A stretch of DNA of 64,000 bases, taken from positions 121,944 to 185,943 of the forward strand of contig KV454018.1 of assembly GCA_001661245.1 (NCBI GenBank), read 5' to 3'. Source of the stretch: Pachysolen tannophilus NRRL Y-2460 (taxonomy: Eukaryota). The notes below the pieces were generated by a model that searched no databases, had not been told where the DNA came from, and saw nothing but the letters and a program-made list of their open reading frames with translations. The translations under genes were made by a program, and so were the position numbers. Positions 11,484 through 23,670 of the stretch are shown here, piece by piece; the first letter of the stretch is position 1, and every line of letters begins with the position of its first letter.

Positions 11484-14400
11484 TTATAAAATATTCTTCT
11501 TTCTTCTGGAAGAACTGTGCCTTAAAGCTCCATTTGCAGCTGCGATAGCCGCTGGTGAACTGTTGGATGTAGTTCCATTTTCCAAGTTTGTGATCATAGG
11601 TACTGGGTTAGTATTCATCGTTCTAGTTCTGTTTATTGACGGTTTACTTCCAGCACTGTTCATCAGATGATCCTCGCTGTGGGCAGATTCAGAAGGCGAT
11701 TTTGGAGATAATAATCCTGAAGCCAATAAATAAGGAGAAGAAAATCCACCAATTTCAGTGTCTAACTTATTTAAATTCTTATTGTTGGAAGAATGACGAC
11801 TTGTTTGTTCTATCTCTGGGGTACGGAAAGCATCACCACCACGAAACTTCATTTGTTGTTGTTGTTGTTGTTGCTGATCTGTTATTGAAGAATTAGATGA
11901 TGACAACGTATCATCATTATTATTGCGACGAGTTAAAGTACTGAAATCTGGATCATTTGTTGTGTCAGCAGTGGTTGGCTCACTACTTTGCAATAAAGTC
12001 GATGATCCATTTGACGATTGTTGACTTTCTGATCCAGCGGTGCCATTATGTGTAGCAACAGGATTACCTGATGACTCTGCCGCTGCTAGTGCCCTTTTAG
12101 CTCTCAACTCCAGATCTTTTTGTTGTGTGTGTTGTCTTGCATTTGCCAACATTTCTTGGGCTTTTTGTAAAGAAACCGTTGGTGCAACGTAAGAAGAAAC
12201 AATAGGCGTTGTTTCATCAAAATCAATTGTTGTCTTAATGAGAGCAGCCATCCAATTACGCATTTCTTCTTTAGTATCAACTGCAAAATAATGTACTTTC
12301 TGCTGTGTAAAAGTCAAACCTTTTCTAGAACCTGGTGCTGGAGGAACCAATTTAAAACAGTACCTACCAGAACCTATTGAAGCCGCATAGAAAGAGGTCA
12401 ATTTATCAGTTTCATTTTGAGTTGCAGGCAAGACCCTATGAGACGTTATATCAATCAAACCTTGTTCTGATTTATCTTTTAATGAGTGGAAATATGATAA
12501 TCGCGTTTTGTGTAAAGCAAAATATCTTGTCTTCCAGTGAACGTTTCCTCTCTTTGACATCCAACCAGAGTAGTCCGCTGTTCTTATTGCATCTTCCGGT
12601 GTTATATGTCTAATTCCTTCTTGGAAAGCAGATGTCTTCTTCTTGTTCCTACTTGATAATCTTTGTGAGCCTGATGATGAGGTATTGCGGAGGCTCTTCA
12701 ATTTTAAAGCTTCGGAAGCCGATCTTTTTTGTTCTCTTTCTTGTACGTTTGGAAGCTTTTTGAATGTTGCAGAGGAAGTAGTGGATGCTTCTTTTGCAGA
12801 AAATGATCTTCTGTAAGGTGATGCTTTTGTTTCTTTTAATTCAGAGGGACTAAGGGAACTTCTTTTTTGAGAATTAGTTGAAGATCTATTTTTCTTAATA
12901 GTTGTCTGAGATAAATCAGTTATATCATCAAAATCATTTAAATCATCATTACCATTTCTATTTCCTTTTATAACTGATAAACGTGAAGGAGTTGAAAACA
13001 AATTCACCAATGAATTTCTTCTTGTATCTGAAGCAGATTTATAATCGCCAACAGTGGTACTATTACTATAAGAAAAAACAGATGAATGACGTTTGTGATT
13101 AGCCTTATCTGGATTCTTAGTAGTGGTACTAATTTCCGAAATTCCTCTTCTGTGAGATCTTGTTGGTGATCCAGTTCTTGTAGCAGGGTAAGATTGTTGA
13201 GAACTGTTTCTTGTGTGATCATAAATTGAAGACGTTGGCCTTGAAGTTGAGTTCTTGGCATTATTAAGATTATTATTTAAGGAATTTGGATTCAATTTTC
13301 TAGGATCATAAGAAGTTGAATTGATGAACATAGATGATCTATTCGATTGTTGATGTAATGGATCAGTCTTGCCTCCTGTCACATTATGAACATTTCCACC
13401 TCCAAATTTATAGCCAAAATTCAATTTTTCTGCCGTTGGAGATAAATGTGAAGGTGGCAGAGGAGGCTTTCTTGGTGAAGTAAATTGTCCATCTAAAGGT
13501 GGTACTCTCAAGGAAGAAGGAGTACCAATTTCCTTTGGAGTTTCATGACTATTTCCTATCAGATCTGGAATTTTTATTATTGGAGAAATTGCATTTCCTG
13601 AATTCAATGGAATTTTCAAATTATGTTCTCTTTCCGGTATTTGCAATTGTTGCGGCTGTTGAGTGTGAGCGTAATTAATAGCAGGTATCTTTGAATCATC
13701 TAATGATTGAGATCTTTTTCTTGTATGTCCCAAAGGAGCAGTTGGCAAATCGGAATCAGCATCAGTAGAATTTTTCGAAAATTGACGATGAACTGAAGGT
13801 GGAGGCATTAAAGAGTTTGAGCTATTTACCGATGCACCAGTTATACTTTTTGCAAACGATCTATTTTTATTTTCAATCTTAAGCGCTTCAATTTCTTTAT
13901 AAATTTCAAACCTTGTACCAAACGAAGAAATATCCAATTCTTTTAAATAAGCCAATTCCAATTCCAATAATATTGCACCTGTAATCTTATGTCTTGCAAA
14001 CTTTCCAGCACTTTCCATATCAAAACCCAAAGAAGCAAAATAAGTTGAAACTTGTTCTGGAGACCAAGATTCCACTTCTGCAGGGTTTAAGGCCATCGAA
14101 TTATTTACATCTCTTGACACCTCGGTTCCAGTTCCACTTGCACTTGCACTTATACTTGCACTTGCACTTGTATTTCCAATCTGAGGACTTTCAATTGCCA
14201 ATTCTTGCAAAGCCTTATCGATATCTTTCATTGTAGTGTTTACTGGTGACTGTTTTGAACCTCCAGTTGAAGCGCCAGTTAAAGCGCTGCCATGGGCGGT
14301 ACTAGAATTAGCAATTTCAGACGACCCGCCATTAGTCCCTGTTCTATACATTGCATTTGCAGAAGGTGTCAATGGACTTGATTGCGACGGACTTGCTAAT

Positions 14401-14825
14401 CTTCTAGATCTTGACCTTAACAATGAAGGTTTATTAAAATTAATCTGGTGATCTTGACATATTTGGGTGAATGCTTTTGGGTAAAGACCAACTTCATTAG
14501 TGGTTAAATTTTTACCCATATACCATCCATCATTATATTCACTATCATCACTAATAACATCAATCTTATCTCCAACTTTCAAAGTTAGTTCATCACCCAA
14601 TCGCGCATTGAATTCTTTAACAGCTTCATAAAGCGTTCCAATATTATCAACACTATTGGTACTACTATTACCAAACGATGTATTTATGGATGGACTATAT
14701 CCTCCAGCTGCTCTTCCATTGTTATTACTATGGCCATTAACAATACCATTTCCATTTCCAGTTCCATTTCCATTATTATTATTATTATTATTGTACAGAT
14801 TCGAAGAAATCGAACTTGAAAACAT
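11484..14825 (-). CDS. BOI2: Boi1/Boi2 polarity scaffold (SH3-SAM-PH)
   Basis: SH3 (EFNARLGDEL...DGWYMG...GLYP), SAM (WSPEQV...SFGTRFEI), Pro-rich SPRKPPLPP and PH (GWMSKR...WKTRYF). Pro-orthologue of BOI1/BOI2. Confidence 0.95.
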   Translation of the reverse strand: MFSSSISSNLYNNNNNNNGNGTGNGNGIVNGHSNNNGRAAGGYSPSINTSFGNSSTNSVDNIGTLYEAVKEFNARLGDELTLKVGDKIDVISDDSEYNDGWYMGKNLTTNEVGLYPKAFTQICQDHQINFNKPSLLRSRSRRLASPSQSSPLTPSANAMYRTGTNGGSSEIANSSTAHGSALTGASTGGSKQSPVNTTMKDIDKALQELAIESPQIGNTSASASISASASGTGTEVSRDVNNSMALNPAEVESWSPEQVSTYFASLGFDMESAGKFARHKITGAILLELELAYLKELDISSFGTRFEIYKEIEALKIENKNRSFAKSITGASVNSSNSLMPPPSVHRQFSKNSTDADSDLPTAPLGHTRKRSQSLDDSKIPAINYAHTQQPQQLQIPEREHNLKIPLNSGNAISPIIKIPDLIGNSHETPKEIGTPSSLRVPPLDGQFTSPRKPPLPPSHLSPTAEKLNFGYKFGGGNVHNVTGGKTDPLHQQSNRSSMFINSTSYDPRKLNPNSLNNNLNNAKNSTSRPTSSIYDHTRNSSQQSYPATRTGSPTRSHRRGISEISTTTKNPDKANHKRHSSVFSYSNSTTVGDYKSASDTRRNSLVNLFSTPSRLSVIKGNRNGNDDLNDFDDITDLSQTTIKKNRSSTNSQKRSSLSPSELKETKASPYRRSFSAKEASTTSSATFKKLPNVQEREQKRSASEALKLKSLRNTSSSGSQRLSSRNKKKTSAFQEGIRHITPEDAIRTADYSGWMSKRGNVHWKTRYFALHKTRLSYFHSLKDKSEQGLIDITSHRVLPATQNETDKLTSFYAASIGSGRYCFKLVPPAPGSRKGLTFTQQKVHYFAVDTKEEMRNWMAALIKTTIDFDETTPIVSSYVAPTVSLQKAQEMLANARQHTQQKDLELRAKRALAAAESSGNPVATHNGTAGSESQQSSNGSSTLLQSSEPTTADTTNDPDFSTLTRRNNNDDTLSSSNSSITDQQQQQQQQMKFRGGDAFRTPEIEQTSRHSSNNKNLNKLDTEIGGFSSPYLLASGLLSPKSPSESAHSEDHLMNSAGSKPSINRTRTMNTNPVPMITNLENGTTSNSSPAAIAAANGALRHSSSRRKKNIL

Positions 14826-15661
14826 AGCTAAATTTAATCAGTTCTTATGTTCACTTATCGAATTTTAAAAAAAAAAACAAAAAAAAATTAAAAAAAAATT
14901 TTTATAATACAGTTTGATCTTATTAATTATATAGTTTATGTATCACACCTTTAAAAAAAATAATAATGAATTGAAAAAATTAATGATAAAACTTAATAGC
15001 AAATAAGCGCTGAAGCTATTTTTTTTTTATAAAAGGGATTAAAACTAAAAGACCAATTATTATTTAAAATAAATAAATAAAATAAAATAAAAGAAAAAAA
15101 AAAAGAAAAAGGTCTTTGTTTAGAAACACAATTTTTATTTTTTTATTCTATTTTCTTTAATTTTATTTAATTTTATTATTTTATTTCGTTTGCCTTTTTT
15201 TTTGTCTGCCTTTTTGGTTTTTTTTTTTGGTCTGCCTTTTTTTATCTGCGTGTAAATTAGTTTTTTTTTCTTTGTTGAAGACAACGGACACAATTTTAGG
15301 AAAGGGCAGGCAGAGCGTTGGGAAAGGTAGTAAGTATAGAGTAATAGAGAGAGTGGGCAATAAAATCAAGTTTTCAGAGGTTTTTTTTTTTTTTTTTTGT
15401 TAACAATAAGGCAATGGGGCAATAGGCAAAACAAAAGTACTAGGGCAAAAGCTCGGGATATCTTATATTATCCCCTAAAGAATTAAGTCCAGACTTTGAA
15501 TTTTGAAATGGACAGAGTTGAGTGTTGATAGTTTTGATTAATTTAGTGGGGACCATAGAAAAAACAAATCCTTTTAAACTTCCAGAAGCTTATTTTATTG
15601 TTATATAGAAGGAATGTATACTAATCCAATGAATAAGGGAGACCCATAAAAGTTACTATCA

Positions 15662-15721
15662 AAGGTAATCACTAAGCTAGTAATTATTAGACTAGTAATT
15701 ACTAGCCTAGTGATTACTAGC
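15662..15721. repeat. About four tandem 15-bp units built on the palindrome CTAGTAATTACTAG
   Basis: Units aaggtaatcactaag / ctagtaattattaga / ctagtaattactagc / ctagtgattactagc. Confidence 0.8.
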
Positions 15722-15901
15722 AAAGTACTTTTAATATATACCAAATGGTAAAAGAGCAGATTACCCTATTCGGTAGTTTATACCCGAAAACAAAAACAAA
15801 ACAAAAAAAAGAATACAAAAAATTAAGCAAAGTAAAGTAAAGTAAAGTAAAGTAGTAAGAAAGTGAATTGAATAGAGTGAATGAATGTCTATTTATTTTA
15901 T

Positions 15902-17815
15902 CTAATCATCTAAATCATGGTTGCCGACATAGTACTGTTCGCTTTGTTGGAATCTTCTTCTTCTATCAGTTTGGTCAGTTTGGTGTAAAACCTCATCATA
16001 AGTAGGTAGCCTTACATCATTCGCGTTTGGGGTTAAACTGTACGGCGCAACATCCTGTTCTTGATTTTGATCTTGATCTTGATTTTGATTTTCGTGATTA
16101 GCAGGAACAGTTGTTGGTGAAGATGAGAACGAAGAATCTAATGAAGAAGAAGAACCTCCGTTATTGTTGGTAAAAATTGCATTTGGAGGAGCCAAATCAT
16201 CTTGATGGGCTTGTAATCCACTTAATACTACCACATCGGTTTCTATGCTTACTTCGGTAAGTGGATCACGTAAAGTAATTTGTTTATCTGATGAAAATCC
16301 TGCATGAAATTTAATTGTATTTTTCCTTGAAATATTACAAGTTTTAAAGCTTGGTGCTACAAAATCAGGTAATATTGCATCTTTAAAAATTGAAGAATCA
16401 ATTTCTAATTCATATAATGTAGCACCTGTAGAAATATCTTTTGCATTTGATCTATTACAATTCAGAAGATCATATTTCGAATTAATCCCTTTTAATTCAA
16501 GTATCTTTTCACGTGTTATCATCGATCTTTTATGTCCTTGAATTAAAACTGTTGTTTCCGAATAAAGTTCAATTTTTAAAGCTTTCATATAAATAATACC
16601 TAATCCTGAACTTTCCCCATTTGGTAAGGTAAATTTTTCTGGAGAAATCCTTGAAACTAGATAAAGTTTATAATTGGGAGTCTTTGTAGGGATTAAAAAT
16701 GCTGGATACCTAAATCTAACTTCAAAATATACTGGTAAATTTATTGGTTTAACATTGGGGAGATAAGAACGATTATCAGATCGTTGATCATAACCCCCAG
16801 TATCGGGACTCTTTGAATTTTGTTTATCAGAATTTTGTAAAGATCTTCTTTGCAGTTGACTTGAACTTGAAGGAGGTGATGGAGATGAAACATCCCCAAA
16901 GATTAAACGTCTAAATATCCCTCCCGGTGCTGTTGTTCTTTTTGAATATTGGCCTCTTGGTGTATGACTTTGTAACCGAGATGTTGTTGATGAAGGCGAT
17001 CCCGATGATGACCCGGAAGATGAACCTGATGCCCGTATTGTTGTAACTGCTGCTGTTGATGTTGATTTTTCTGATCCTGGATAACAAGCTACAATTTGGG
17101 GTAATTTATCTTTTAATGTAAACTCTTTTCTAGTAAAAGTCTGCCTATCATCAGCAAAATTTATATTGGAAGAATCAATTGGTAAAAAGATAAATGGTTC
17201 AAATGATCTAATATTATTTTTAAATAATCCCGGTCTCTTTGCTGTTACTTTTATAAAATATCTTATAGTTGCAAAATCTTTTAATCCACTCAATGAAGGT
17301 GGTAATTTGGTTTCAAGATGTTTTGAAGCTTCAGTGACAAATTCAATGGCACTGCCACTACTAGTATTTGTGTTACTCCCATTAATGAATTGAAATTTAT
17401 TTGAAATTCCTGAAGTTGATTTATGTTTTGAACATGTATTTTTTAAAGGTATCCTAAATTTAAAAGGATAAATATATTCACCGGGAATTAATGTAAACTC
17501 TTTAGCACTGGAAACACTTCTAACGTTTTTAGGTGGAAATACAATTGAAGTATCATATAATAATTTATGAATTTCTATTATTGGTTTCATCTCATTTCCT
17601 CTTGATCTCCTTCTCTGTCTCCTTGAATTTCTTGTCTCTCTTGGAATCTCTATAACAGTTTTAGAAATACCTTCCAATTTCACCTCTATAGCACTTAAAG
17701 TTAATTCAGAACTTACATTCAAATTAATAACCCCATTTATTATATCATAATTAGTGAAAGTTCCACCTGTTTTAGATTTATCAAGCTCAATCTTTAATTG
17801 ACAAGATGATACCAT
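15902..17815 (-). CDS. ART10: Alpha-arrestin (Art10-like)
   Basis: Arrestin-N motifs (VKLEGISKT, HKLLY..IVFPP, GEYIYPFKFRIP, LPPS), PSFKTCNISR and C-terminal PY-type LPTY. ATG at 17815. Confidence 0.75.
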   Translation of the reverse strand: MVSSCQLKIELDKSKTGGTFTNYDIINGVINLNVSSELTLSAIEVKLEGISKTVIEIPRETRNSRRQRRRSRGNEMKPIIEIHKLLYDTSIVFPPKNVRSVSSAKEFTLIPGEYIYPFKFRIPLKNTCSKHKSTSGISNKFQFINGSNTNTSSGSAIEFVTEASKHLETKLPPSLSGLKDFATIRYFIKVTAKRPGLFKNNIRSFEPFIFLPIDSSNINFADDRQTFTRKEFTLKDKLPQIVACYPGSEKSTSTAAVTTIRASGSSSGSSSGSPSSTTSRLQSHTPRGQYSKRTTAPGGIFRRLIFGDVSSPSPPSSSSQLQRRSLQNSDKQNSKSPDTGGYDQRSDNRSYLPNVKPINLPVYFEVRFRYPAFLIPTKTPNYKLYLVSRISPEKFTLPNGESSGLGIIYMKALKIELYSETTVLIQGHKRSMITREKILELKGINSKYDLLNCNRSNAKDISTGATLYELEIDSSIFKDAILPDFVAPSFKTCNISRKNTIKFHAGFSSDKQITLRDPLTEVSIETDVVVLSGLQAHQDDLAPPNAIFTNNNGGSSSSLDSSFSSSPTTVPANHENQNQDQDQNQEQDVAPYSLTPNANDVRLPTYDEVLHQTDQTDRRRRFQQSEQYYVGNHDLDD

Positions 17816-18420
17816 CTCCAACCAATATTAAATTTTACTTTACTAATGTAAAAATTAACAGAGAGCAAAACAAACAAAAAATAAAAAAATAAAAAAAGAA
17901 ACAATAGAAAAGAAATTTAAATAAAAAGTTCTTAATCGTTATCTTTTAAAGACAATTCCTAATGGTAATTATGATTGTGATTATGATTGTAATTGTAATT
18001 AATATTTTTACTATTATTACGTCTATTTTTAATTTTTTGCTTCCCCCTAAATTTAATGCAGCTACTTCTTTTTTGGTAATGAAATAAGTCTCTTAACCCC
18101 GAACGAAGGTGACCAAATTGATCAAAATGACCAAGGTGATATTAGTTAATAGCCTTTGAAAAAATATTTCTACTAGATTAGTACTCATGGCTTATCTAAG
18201 ATTATGATCAATTTATGTAGAAAGATAGATGTTGAGTTTCTCTTTACAGAGGATTAATCAAATTATTGTAGATGAAAATAATTGTTAAAAATATGAATTT
18301 CTATAAATACCTTGATATTATTAAAATTAAAAGAAATGAAGAAAGAGGCAAAGAAAAAAAAAGAAAACAGAAAATGGAAAGCTGCCTTTAAAATTCAACT
18401 TGTTCAACTTGTTCAACTAG

Positions 18421-19689
18421 TTAAACCACATCAGTATCTTTATTTGAGGAACTTGATTTTATTAAATTTCTTTTGAACTTCAAAGTATTCAATTCTCGAT
18501 AATGCAAAATCAATTTTTTGCGTAATGATTCATGACCATTAATTATTTTGGAATCACCAGAAAAAGTACTACTGTTATTTTCTTGATTAATATTATCATT
18601 AGTATATCTTGAAGATAAATTAATGAAACTACGCCTCTTTGCTAAACGTTTATTATATTGTTCTTTTTCAGCCGCAATAATGTCATCTGTAGTGAAAGAA
18701 GTCTTCAATCTGGAAGGAACAATTGGAAGATATTCACAGTAACAGTTTTTCACTGAACTATAGGTATTTAAATGATCGTAATGGCATCTACAACCTCTAT
18801 CATCAATAACACCTTTAAATTTGCCCCAAGGTATAAGAACGGCTCCTTCAATTGAAGAAACATATTCATAATTGGACCCATTATTGAAAGATGAAGAATG
18901 ACCAAATTTTACTCTAGCATTATCGGTATTACAATCATCTTTTTCATCTTCTTGAAAACTAACTCGTCTTGGGCTAGCATTATTGTTATTGTTATTGTTA
19001 TTTGGTTCTCTCTTTTCATGGAATGTCTTTTCATCTTCCGAGTTAAGTTCCAATTCCGTAAATTGTGTAATTAAACTTCTATCATTTTCATCATGAGAGC
19101 TTGATGTTACATCTGAAGACTTTGTAGTTCCAGATGTAAGTGATGTGGTTTTCATGATAGAATGATCTAAATTATTATAAGAAGGTACCTCATATTCTGA
19201 ATTATATAAATCGACTTCACCAGTATTAAACTGTGATTGAAACATTATTGGATTATTATGAACCGAATCACCATAACTAAATCTTTTTTGATAATTCCTC
19301 AAATCTGATTTTATCTTTTCCAAATTATCAATTAAATTACGATGAGTTCCTGAATTTGAAGAATTAAACATTGCAGAAAGACTATTATCGTTATTCATAT
19401 TGTTATTACTCTTTTGTGGTGAAATATTATTGTCATTCAAATAGTCCAAAGAAGTTAAATCCGTATATTTCTCATTAGATGTTGAAACAGAAATGTCATT
19501 GCTTAAACCAACAGTTGTTTTAGTGATTGCTGAAGGAATCAAAGTTGCTGTAGTTTTATTCCCACCTTCTTGATATAACATTTGTAGATTCTTGGAAAAT
19601 TGATCATTGTCAATATTGGAATTAGAAGTTGAAGATGATGGCACAAATTTAGGATCTGAAGATGAATTAAATAAACTTAATGAAAACAT
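18421..19689 (-). CDS. Hypothetical Ser/Asn-rich protein with two RVxF motifs
   Basis: 422-codon ORF, mostly low complexity. Contains RRVSF, RVKF and a Cys/His patch. No family recognised. Confidence 0.65.
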   Translation of the reverse strand: MFSLSLFNSSSDPKFVPSSSTSNSNIDNDQFSKNLQMLYQEGGNKTTATLIPSAITKTTVGLSNDISVSTSNEKYTDLTSLDYLNDNNISPQKSNNNMNNDNSLSAMFNSSNSGTHRNLIDNLEKIKSDLRNYQKRFSYGDSVHNNPIMFQSQFNTGEVDLYNSEYEVPSYNNLDHSIMKTTSLTSGTTKSSDVTSSSHDENDRSLITQFTELELNSEDEKTFHEKREPNNNNNNNNASPRRVSFQEDEKDDCNTDNARVKFGHSSSFNNGSNYEYVSSIEGAVLIPWGKFKGVIDDRGCRCHYDHLNTYSSVKNCYCEYLPIVPSRLKTSFTTDDIIAAEKEQYNKRLAKRRSFINLSSRYTNDNINQENNSSTFSGDSKIINGHESLRKKLILHYRELNTLKFKRNLIKSSSSNKDTDVV

Positions 19690-20742
19690 CACCTTCTCTA
19701 ATCAAAACACAAATTAAATTATTAATTAAAAAAAAACTACTGCTTGTATTCTTAGTTTCTAAAAGTTGAAATCTTTTAGTTGATTTTAGCAATTATTAGC
19801 AAAAATGATAGAAGAAATTAGCAAAGCAAATCATTCATTAAAATATTATTATTATTATTCTTCTTTAATTTAAGTAAGTACTTGAATTCTTAGTATTAAA
19901 CCATTGTAATTTTTGAATATAATAGAATTTGCTTACTCTTTATATCTCCTAAACTTCTTCCTTCAAAAATAATATATACTATAAAGAAAAATTGAACCAA
20001 AAAATAATTGAATGGAACCGAATTGTTCATTAAATAGGTTGATAGATTTAGACCTTACAATGCAAAGTTTAAAAAGTTGAAGTTTCGGCTGCATATAAGA
20101 AAAAAAAATACTTTGAAATTTTTGTTCTCCTCAGTTAAACCAGAAGCAGACCTCAAATTTTTTGAAGAACAAAAAAAAAGATGCTGTCTCCATGGAAATG
20201 GTTCTTTAGATTTTTCTTTAGAAGATAGTTTAGCTGACTTTTGTGTTAACTAAACCCAAAGTCATATCACCTACATCTATTTTGTGGTGATGCTTAACGT
20301 TTAACTAAATCTGTGAAACTACAGAAAAATTCCTCTTTTGTACATTTGATATATCTAACACTACCGGAAGATGTAGGCTTAACAAAACACTTCACGTACA
20401 TAAATATATATATAATAAACGAACTACTCATTCATTTTTCTCTACATCTTGTGTATTCTTCCATGTGAATAACGGAGCAAAATTAAGTAAAATTAAGCCT
20501 TTACTGATATTTTTATAAAAGAAGAACATAGAAAAGAAGAAGAAGAAAAAAAAAAAAAAAAAGGAAAAATTACACAGTAAAATATAGTTACAAGGCCATT
20601 TTCATGTCACCTTGATACCTTTTGCTTCTTTCTTGGTTTTTATGCACAAATGACAATGTTTGTAAGGTATATGGAAAAACGAGAATAAAAATAATAACAA
20701 AACAAAGAAAAATAATGATGATGATGATGATGATGAATTGAG

Positions 20743-22878
20743 CTAATCAACCTTGATTGCACTGTAAATTCTACTGATAAATATCACTGAGCTTATGAGA
20801 CCAATGCTACCACAAGCTAATGCAGAAATAGCACTAATAATAATAATGTAGGAGAAGTAAAGTAATACGGACAAGAAATCGACAACGTTTAAATATGCCA
20901 CAAAATAATAAATACCGTAAATGAAAATGTAAAATGAAATTGACAGACCACCTATTATGAAGGATCTCCATTGCCATCTATAATCTCCTTTATTTAAAGC
21001 AAGGTAAATTGATACTATTGTTATTTCAATTATGACCACTATAAGTAAGATAATTGTAGCAACTAAAAACTCATACATGTAATAGAATGATGTTTTTTCC
21101 AAGAAAACTGATTTGAATATGAAAACTAATTCAACATAGATTATGCTAAACGGAATAATTCCAAATAATGGAACAGCAAAATATAACCTGTTATACCATG
21201 GCTGTCTTGGGATTGGGGTATTATTTAATAATCCATTAGAACTTTTGTTGAACATAACAGATAGTGAAAGTGAATCAGATGCATGTCTATTACTTAAAAA
21301 TCCTCCAAATATTGCCAAAGGTATTTCTAATATCACTAAACCTGCAATTAAAAACACAATTGTACCAAATGGTAATGCAACTGATGATCCATTAATCCAA
21401 ACAAATAAATTTAAAGTGAATAATAAAAAGAAAACAAAACATGTTAAGCCACCACCACAATAAGCTGATACTCTTAACCAATTAGGTAATGTAGTTTGTG
21501 CACAGACAAATTTTTTATAAAATTGAACACCTGAATACCCAGATGTAAAACCTGAAAATACAAATAAAATGTATGAAACAGTTATGACACTACCTCTATG
21601 AGCTGGACCCAATAATCCAGATGCACATAATGCAGAAACAAGAATAAGAGATACTAATAGTTGAATACCTGAACCTGCCAATACAGATAAAACCAATGGT
21701 TTTTCTGGTTGACTGAAAACCTCATTCAAAAGTAACTTCCAACCTGTGGCACTGGCACTGGCGCTGGTGCTGCTTGTGATATTGGTGATGTTGGTGCCGG
21801 TGCTTGCTGTATTGCTATCGATATTATTGTTGTTAATTGTATTAATTGGTAATGATGATTCAGCAGTGGAAGGATCTACTGATAATCTATCTTCATTAGG
21901 TAGCATATTTTTAACTTCTTCGGCAAATGAATCTTGAGAGACCGGCTTTAATAAATTCAATGTCCTTGTAGTTTTATTTTTCAAATGTTTCATTTTTTTA
22001 TGATTAGTAATATCTCTATTTAAAGTTCTTAATAATACTACACCTACAATTGTAGATAAAAGTAATACCAAGACCAATGAATTAAATAAAGACAGGACAT
22101 GTATTCTATCCTGATCTAATTCACCAGAGAAATAAAGATTCCATCTATTATGCCATGAAACATCTGTTTCTTCTCTCCAATAAACTGCATATGTAAACGG
22201 TATTAAAATTTCTTCTTTCTGATTTAAATCCAATTCAAAATTTGCAAAACTTTTTGATGCTCCAGGACAATGGAAATCACTAACTGATCTTGGATAAACT
22301 TCAAATCCAACAATTGTCTTTTTATTTGGATCATCATTTTCCTTATGCCATCTTATAACAAGCATAACATGATTATGAAGATAAGTTTTACCATCTTGAA
22401 CAAATCCTAATGGGAAACCAGCTGCATAATATTTACTATTTGTTGATGAACTAATAAAAGTTGTAGCACCAGGTAAACTATCAATGATCCATTCAGCAAC
22501 ATAACCTTTCCTAATCAATTCATCTGCTTTTCTAATTCCTTCAGGTTTTGTTATTCTATCACAAATCCTTTTACAAGGTTCATCTTTTTCAAAAAAAATA
22601 TGATAATCAGAACTCCATATCCTATCTCCTCTAATAACTTCTCCCAATGAAAGATGTACTGGTTTTTGTTCTTTTGATGGAGGACATACAAATGGAAGAT
22701 CATAATACGCATACGGTAATTGAGTAGTATCAGATTCAACCTTATTCACATATAACATAACCTCATCATCAGTCTGATAATAACTTGGAAGCCATCCTAA
22801 TTTAAGATCAAAACAATTGACCAAATTATCAACAAAAATTAATACTAAAAAGGTCAAAAATATCAAAAATTTCAACAT
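20743..22878 (-). CDS. TMN3: Nonaspanin TM9SF/Emp70 family protein
   Basis: Signal peptide, LPYAYYDLPFVCP, SLGEVIRGDRI, IVGFEVYP, GWKLL, WQWRSF and C-terminal IYSAIKVD. Divergent from LSM4, as in YER113C/YER112W. Confidence 0.92.
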   Translation of the reverse strand: MLKFLIFLTFLVLIFVDNLVNCFDLKLGWLPSYYQTDDEVMLYVNKVESDTTQLPYAYYDLPFVCPPSKEQKPVHLSLGEVIRGDRIWSSDYHIFFEKDEPCKRICDRITKPEGIRKADELIRKGYVAEWIIDSLPGATTFISSSTNSKYYAAGFPLGFVQDGKTYLHNHVMLVIRWHKENDDPNKKTIVGFEVYPRSVSDFHCPGASKSFANFELDLNQKEEILIPFTYAVYWREETDVSWHNRWNLYFSGELDQDRIHVLSLFNSLVLVLLLSTIVGVVLLRTLNRDITNHKKMKHLKNKTTRTLNLLKPVSQDSFAEEVKNMLPNEDRLSVDPSTAESSLPINTINNNNIDSNTASTGTNITNITSSTSASASATGWKLLLNEVFSQPEKPLVLSVLAGSGIQLLVSLILVSALCASGLLGPAHRGSVITVSYILFVFSGFTSGYSGVQFYKKFVCAQTTLPNWLRVSAYCGGGLTCFVFFLLFTLNLFVWINGSSVALPFGTIVFLIAGLVILEIPLAIFGGFLSNRHASDSLSLSVMFNKSSNGLLNNTPIPRQPWYNRLYFAVPLFGIIPFSIIYVELVFIFKSVFLEKTSFYYMYEFLVATIILLIVVIIEITIVSIYLALNKGDYRWQWRSFIIGGLSISFYIFIYGIYYFVAYLNVVDFLSVLLYFSYIIIISAISALACGSIGLISSVIFISRIYSAIKVD

Positions 22879-23670
22879 AACTTTATTATCTATATCCCAA
22901 TTCCATCAACTGATCTCTATAAACCAGTCTTCAACTCAACTAACAATAAATGAGATATATCAATGAATTTTAAAAAAAATGAAATAAAATAAAAAATAAT
23001 TAAAAATAAATTAAAAATTTTTTTTTATTAAACAAATAAATAAGTAAATAAAATAAATAAGAACAGCAAAGCAAGCAATTTCTACCAAATGATATGCTGA
23101 TTTACAACGAAAAGATGGACAAATTAATATACAATTTTTACAAAATAATAAGATCACTCTTCCTTAGATAATATCAATAAAAAGAATGAATAAGATATCT
23201 ATTAAAAAAGTCTCTAGATTATTTACTTCAAAGTTAGTTCTTATTATAATAAAACAATCATCATAACAATTTTTTAACTATTTATAATAATTATTATTCA
23301 TACGATTACAATCTCCGTTATGAAGTCAGTGACTCCATCCAATAGAAAAAAAACCTAAAGCCTAATAGGATTTCTTACATTCCACACCTCTTAGTCTTTA
23401 GATTAACTAATTCTCCAATCTCTAATATTCTATATTTTTATCTTAGATCAATTCGATCAAATTCAATCAATTTCATCACCTTCTCCGGTTTTTTGGTCAA
23501 TTTTTTGAAACCGCCAAAAAAAAAGTGCTCGAAACTGACCAGAATTTATTGGAAAAGTCCGAAAATACTAATATAACAGAATATTTAATACTTTTAATAT
23601 ATATATATATATATTATTTATTTATTTATATATTGATTGTTTGAAGAAGTGATTTATCTTATAAGAGATA

